Source: Moheibacter sp. (GTDB lineage: Bacteria > Bacteroidota > Bacteroidia > Flavobacteriales > Weeksellaceae). From it: DNA of 64,000 nt. Numbering within the stretch: the stretch's first letter is position 1; every line of letters starts with the position of its first letter. The notes under the pieces were generated by a model, which worked only from the letters and a program-made list of their open reading frames with translations, was not told the origin of the DNA and ran no database searches. This document shows positions 59,667 to 64,000 of the stretch, piece after piece. The stretch is from assembly GCA_035515075.1 (NCBI GenBank), contig DATJBZ010000012.1, positions 2,360 through 66,359 of the forward strand, in the 5' to 3' direction. A program made the position numbers and the translations under genes.

Positions 59667-60590
59667 GTGAAATCCAAATTTCTTCGACCCAAAGACAAAG
59701 TTGCGGTCATTGCGCCTTCAGGAAGAATCTTTGAAAAAGATTTGGAAGACAATCTTCAATGGTTACAATCCTTGGATTTGGAACCTGTTTTTGGAAAAAA
59801 TCTTTTCAACGATCATTACAACGGCTATCACTATGCTGGAAACGTGGAAGAGCGAACCGCTGATTTACAATGGGCGCTGGACGACGATGAAATTCAAGCG
59901 ATTTGGTGCGCACGCGGTGGCTATGGAGCGGTGCATTTGTTGGACAAAATCAATTGGGAGAAATTTCAACGAAACCCCAAATGGCTGATCGGTTATTCTG
60001 ATACTACCGCTTTACATGGCCACATCAATGCGATGGGCATCGGCAGCATTCATGGCATCACGGTCAAAAAACTGAATTGCGATTACACTGTCGAAAGTTT
60101 TGAAAGTTTGGAAAAGGCTTTGTTTGGAGTGCCAATGAAGTACGAAATCGCTGCGCATCCTTTGAATCGTTTGGGAAAAATTCAAGGAAGATTGGTCGGT
60201 GGAAATTTATCATTGTTGTACAGCTTAGTCGGGTCAAAATCGTTTGATTTTCAAGGAGAAACTGTTTTGTTCGTTGAGGATTGGAATGAAAACTGGTACC
60301 ACATTGACCGGATGTTGACGAATTTCAAACGGTCTGGACAATTGGCAAAAATCAAAGCTTTGCTGGTGGGGAGTTTTACACGAATGGATGTTGCGCAAGA
60401 AAATCCTGATTTTCACAAAAGTTTTGATCAAACAACGCAGCAAATCATTCATCAAATGATGCAAGCCTATGACATTCCGATGGCTTTTCAATTTCCTGCG
60501 GGCCACATCGGTGACAACCGCGCTTTGTTGTTGGGAACAACAGTTAACTTAGAAATCACAAAAAATAAAGTAACTTTAGAATTTAGATAA
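59667..60590 (+). CDS. ldcA: LD-carboxypeptidase (S66 family)
   Basis: GYSDTTAL (nucleophile Ser), FVEDWNE, PAGHIGDN. GTG start. Confidence 0.8.
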   Translation: MKSKFLRPKDKVAVIAPSGRIFEKDLEDNLQWLQSLDLEPVFGKNLFNDHYNGYHYAGNVEERTADLQWALDDDEIQAIWCARGGYGAVHLLDKINWEKFQRNPKWLIGYSDTTALHGHINAMGIGSIHGITVKKLNCDYTVESFESLEKALFGVPMKYEIAAHPLNRLGKIQGRLVGGNLSLLYSLVGSKSFDFQGETVLFVEDWNENWYHIDRMLTNFKRSGQLAKIKALLVGSFTRMDVAQENPDFHKSFDQTTQQIIHQMMQAYDIPMAFQFPAGHIGDNRALLLGTTVNLEITKNKVTLEFR

Positions 60591-61220
60591 ATGAGCAAAG
60601 TATATATTTTGGACCATCCTTTGGTTCGTTCAAAAATGACCCAAATGCGTCAAACTCAAACGCCGACCAAGATGTTCAAAGAGTTGGTCAAAGAGATCAC
60701 TTCGTTGATGTGTTATGAATTGACACGTGAATTGGAAACCGAAACCTTTGAAATCGAAACGCCGATTTGTAAAACCACAGGCTACCGAATCAAAGGAGAG
60801 GATTTGGTGATTGTTCCCATTCTTCGTGCAGGTTTGGGCATGGTTGAAGGCATTCAAGATTTGATTCCCAATGCGAAAATTGGGCACATTGGTATTTACA
60901 GAAATCCAGAAACTTTGTTACCAGTTGAGTATTTGTGCAAATTGCCTCCCAATCTGGAAAAACGCGACATCATCATTCTCGATCCGATGTTGGCCACGGG
61001 TGGCTCGGCAGAGAAAGCCATTGAAATCTTGAAAGAAAACCATGTCAAATCCATTCGATTGGCTTGTTTGGTCGGTTGTCCAGAAGGAGTGAAATTCATC
61101 CATGACCGCCATCCTGAAGTGGCGATTTATTTGGCAGCGATGGACGAAGGTTTGAATGAGCACAGTTACATCGTACCGGGTTTGGGCGATGCAGGTGATC
61201 GGTTGTTTGGTACGCAATAA
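60591..61220 (+). CDS. upp: uracil phosphoribosyltransferase
   Basis: ILRAGLGM, ILDPMLATGGS (PRPP loop), YIVPGLGDAGDRLFGT. Confidence 0.95.
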   Translation: MSKVYILDHPLVRSKMTQMRQTQTPTKMFKELVKEITSLMCYELTRELETETFEIETPICKTTGYRIKGEDLVIVPILRAGLGMVEGIQDLIPNAKIGHIGIYRNPETLLPVEYLCKLPPNLEKRDIIILDPMLATGGSAEKAIEILKENHVKSIRLACLVGCPEGVKFIHDRHPEVAIYLAAMDEGLNEHSYIVPGLGDAGDRLFGTQ

Positions 61221-61235
61221 AAAATTATATCAACC

Positions 61236-61601
61236 ATGGCAGAGCACAATGCATTTGGCGCTGAAGCAGAAAGAAGGGTCGCTCAGTTCTTAGCGGAAAA
61301 TGAATACAAAATCCTCAAAAGGAATTGGCGGTATCTGCAGTTGGAAATTGACATCATCGCGGAAGATTTGTTGTCCAAAGAAATTGTGATGGTTGAAGTG
61401 AAAGCGCGAACCAACCCAATGGTCGATCCTTTGGAGTCAATCACCCAAAAGAAAAGAAAAAACTTGGTCACGGCGGCAGATTATTTTATCACGTCAAATG
61501 AAATTGCTTTGGAGTGTCGATTTGACATTGTTTTGGTTGAGAGAAAACAAAACGAATGGACATTTGAACATTTGAAAAATGCTTTTTTGGCCTTTGAATG
61601 A
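61236..61601 (+). CDS. yraN: YraN-family (UPF0102) endonuclease-like protein
   Basis: GAEAERRVAQFLAENEYKILKRNWRY...EIDIIA...VMVEVKAR...RFDIV. Confidence 0.85.
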   Translation: MAEHNAFGAEAERRVAQFLAENEYKILKRNWRYLQLEIDIIAEDLLSKEIVMVEVKARTNPMVDPLESITQKKRKNLVTAADYFITSNEIALECRFDIVLVERKQNEWTFEHLKNAFLAFE

Positions 61602-61673
61602 ATTAAGTTTAATTTATTATTTATTATCCATAAATTAAGCTTAATTTAGTGTCAATCAATTAAGCATACAAAT

Positions 61674-62099
61674 ATGAAGAAATCAATTTTAGGAAGTCTC
61701 CTCATTTTATTGAGCGCATTTACTTTGGCTCAATCCCCAATTGGTACTTGGAAAACAATTGATGACGAAACAGGTAAAGCGAAATCACACGTCAAGATTT
61801 CAGAGAACAAAGATGGAAACTTAGAAGGTGTCGTTTCGGAAATTTTAACCGTCCACAAAGATGCCAAATGCACCAAATGTTCTGGTGCGAAAAAGGACCA
61901 ACCGATTCAAGGTATGACCATTTTTTGGGACATGAAAAAAGATGGTTCAGAGTGGTCTGGCGGAAAAATTCTTGATCCCAATAGTGGCAAAGAATACAAA
62001 TGCATTTTGCGTTTAAAAGACAAAGACACGCTTGAAATCAGAGGTTTTGTAGGCATTTCTTTGTTGGGACGTACCCAAACTTGGCACCGCGTCAAATAA
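61674..62099 (+). CDS. DUF2147-family secreted protein
   Basis: GTWKTIDDETGK...CTKCSG...GMTIFWDM...GGKILDPNSGKEYKC...LEIRGFVG...GRTQTWHRV. Confidence 0.7.
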   Translation: MKKSILGSLLILLSAFTLAQSPIGTWKTIDDETGKAKSHVKISENKDGNLEGVVSEILTVHKDAKCTKCSGAKKDQPIQGMTIFWDMKKDGSEWSGGKILDPNSGKEYKCILRLKDKDTLEIRGFVGISLLGRTQTWHRVK

Positions 62100-62127
62100 A
62101 CATTTGACCATGCATCATGGTTCAAAA

Positions 62128-62159
62128 ATCTCTTTCTCTAACACGGAAAGAGATTTTTT
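62128..62159 (+). terminator. rho-independent terminator
   Basis: ATCTCTTTC-tctaacacg-GAAAGAGAT followed by T6. Confidence 0.6.
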
Positions 62160-62213
62160 GTTTAATTTTGAAAGCAAATTATTTCGGTTGTAGAACCGAG
62201 TAAAATTTTTCCG

Positions 62214-63128
62214 ATGAAAAAACTATGGGCATTTTTGGGTTTGATGATGGTGGTGATCAGCTGTACCGAAACCGACATTTTAAATGAAACTGGACAAATG
62301 GAAATCAGTGATTTCTCTTTGCCTTTACTGCCGGATGGACATTTTTATGAAGCTTGGTTATTGGTCGATGGCAGTTATGTTTCCGTTGGGAAAATCAACA
62401 ATGACTCCATCCAAAACAATTTGGCGAGGATGAGCCGAATTGACGCCAGTGATTTGAGTCAAGCGCAATCTTTTGCATTGACGGTAGAAACTTCCTCGGG
62501 CGCGCCCTCCAACTATGTTTTGTTGGTGGGGGATTTCAATGGAAATGCTGCGGAATTGACAACCACTGGTACAACTTCCAACGGTGTGCAAACATTGGCG
62601 CAAAGAATTGCTGCAAGTTATACCGTTCAAAATGCTTCGGTCCCAGCAGAAGATGCGCATTTGTATGGGGTCAATGGAATTTGGTTTTTCAAAGGAAATG
62701 GACAAGAAAGCGCAACGACTTTGCAGTTGGATTATGAAGGTTTGCAATACCAAGCTTGGTTGGTCAAAAATTTAAACAATACCGATTGGAATTTGAATAT
62801 GGGGGTCATCAAATCCGATACTTTGGCAGACAATTGGAAAAGTTTTATTCCTGCGCCTTATACAACCAATATTCCCAATTTTTCAGGAGAGGACTTTTTG
62901 CAACAACCGGGTACAGGAAGTTCGTTCCCAGAAGGCTTTTTTCCAGTCGATGTGCGAGGAAGCAAAGTGGTGATCACACCGATTTTTAACAATTACAACA
63001 ATGCGGATGTGCCTTTCCCAATTCATTTGTTGCAAGCCAATATTCCTGCTGATGCAACGAAAGATGCTGATTTGGTTCGTGTTTTAGAAGTCAATCAACA
63101 ATACCGCGCAAAAGCGACCAAGTTGTAA
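62214..63128 (+). CDS. lipoprotein with RskA-C-like (anti-sigma-K C-terminal type) beta-sandwich repeat(s)
   Basis: Lipobox VISC. HFYEAWLLVDGSYVSVGKI...FALTVETSSGAPS, with a second YQAWLV block further on. Confidence 0.45.
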   Translation: MKKLWAFLGLMMVVISCTETDILNETGQMEISDFSLPLLPDGHFYEAWLLVDGSYVSVGKINNDSIQNNLARMSRIDASDLSQAQSFALTVETSSGAPSNYVLLVGDFNGNAAELTTTGTTSNGVQTLAQRIAASYTVQNASVPAEDAHLYGVNGIWFFKGNGQESATTLQLDYEGLQYQAWLVKNLNNTDWNLNMGVIKSDTLADNWKSFIPAPYTTNIPNFSGEDFLQQPGTGSSFPEGFFPVDVRGSKVVITPIFNNYNNADVPFPIHLLQANIPADATKDADLVRVLEVNQQYRAKATKL

Positions 63129-63185
63129 TTCGTTTGGCCCAAAAGTTTTCTTCACATCAAGAATAATGCTTACATTTGCGGCGCA

Positions 63186-63270
63186 AAGAAAGGGGTGCTT
63201 CCTTGACAGGAGGCTGAGATTATACCCATAGAACCTGGGCAGGTAATGCTGCTAAGGGAAGTTTTTACAA
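63186..63270 (+). promoter_or_regulatory. TPP (THI-box) riboswitch
   Basis: GGGGTGC...GCTGAGA...ACCC...GAACCTG..GGTAATGC..GC conserved blocks in the canonical order, ~110 nt upstream of the next ATG. Confidence 0.85.
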
Positions 63271-63379
63271 CTTTTCCTTTACTCATTCATTCGAAAATTC
63301 CGGACATCTGAATGGACAAAGTATAGGAAATCTAAATAGGGTAAAATCCACCTTTCATTTAATGATTAAACAATTAGAA

Positions 63380-64000
63380 ATGAAAAGTAGGATTTTTTTA
63401 TGCGCTGCTTTAGGTAGCGTGATGGGATTGGGACAAGAGCAAGAAGCGTCCGTTCAGGACAGCAGTTCCATTCAGTTAGAAACCATCGAAATTATTCAGA
63501 AATTGCCGCTGACTTCAGAGCGGATCACTCAATCCAAATTAGACGAAAAAAACTTAGGCCAAGACTTGACGCAGTTGTTGCAAGGCGCGACTTCATTGGT
63601 CAGCACAAGTGATGCCGGAGCTGGTGTAGGCTATTCGTCCCTTCGAATTCGTGGCGTGGGGCAGGACCACATCAATGTTTCGATGAATGGTGTGGCGTTG
63701 AACGATCCAGAATCACAAACTTTGTTTTGGGTCAATATGCCTGATTTGGCTTCGCAAACGAGTTCAGTCAGCATTCAACGCGGCGTGGGAACTTCCACTT
63801 CGGGTTCGGCGTCTTTTGGTGCCATCATCAACATCGAAGCTGCGCAGCCTTCCAAAGAAGCTTTTCTGGAGTCTTCTAATTCTTGGGGAAGTTTTGCCAC
63901 CCAGAAATACACTTTGAAAGGAGGGACTGGAAAGATTTTGAATGATCGTTTGCGCATTGATTTGAATGCTTCGGTGATTAAATCTGATGGATACATCGAT
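63380..64000 (+). CDS. TonB-dependent receptor (3' end beyond the window), riboswitch-controlled
   Basis: Signal peptide and plug-domain blocks (LETIEII, DAGAGVGYSSLRIRG, INVSMNGVALNDPE, IQRGVGTSTSG). The ORF is open to the window end, so it is absent from the ORF track. Confidence 0.85.
   Translation, partial: MKSRIFLCAALGSVMGLGQEQEASVQDSSSIQLETIEIIQKLPLTSERITQSKLDEKNLGQDLTQLLQGATSLVSTSDAGAGVGYSSLRIRGVGQDHINVSMNGVALNDPESQTLFWVNMPDLASQTSSVSIQRGVGTSTSGSASFGAIINIEAAQPSKEAFLESSNSWGSFATQKYTLKGGTGKILNDRLRIDLNASVIKSDGYID

Overview
The window looks like a chromosomal segment from a low-GC member of the Bacteroidota, probably Flavobacteriia-like. Supporting this are a SusC/SusD pair, TPR-LuxR regulators, lipoproteins with short signal peptides ending in Cys, a TPP riboswitch in front of a TonB-dependent receptor, and the absence of Shine-Dalgarno sequences. 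Most of the window is housekeeping: tRNA-fMet, corA, tyrS, groES/groEL, an ABC-F ATPase, putP, gltX, tag, ndk, an M13 peptidase, nth, fabH-like, upp, yraN and meaB. Three accessory regions stand out. (1) 1-7083 is a visibly AT-rich Rhs/YD-repeat polymorphic-toxin locus. It holds the 3' end of a large rhs gene and two downstream orphan rhs C-terminal cassettes. Each cassette has a different, unrecognisable toxin domain and its own candidate immunity gene(s). The cassettes are separated by a conserved 201-bp junction element. The locus ends in an rhs fragment, an internally deleted IS3-family element and the 3' end of tRNA-fMet. (2) 16621-26051 holds a two-component system facing five co-oriented genes: an ABC ATPase, an ABC-2 permease fused to an M1 metallopeptidase, and three secreted proteins. 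GGTTAAC/AGGTTA direct repeats lie in both upstream intergenic regions. (3) 35898-47413 is an AT-rich Wzx/Wzy-type polysaccharide locus with two Wzy-like proteins, a pyruvyl transferase and a clan GH-A glycosidase carrying DUF4214-like repeats. All function calls rest on motifs read by eye from the translated ORFs; no database search was possible.
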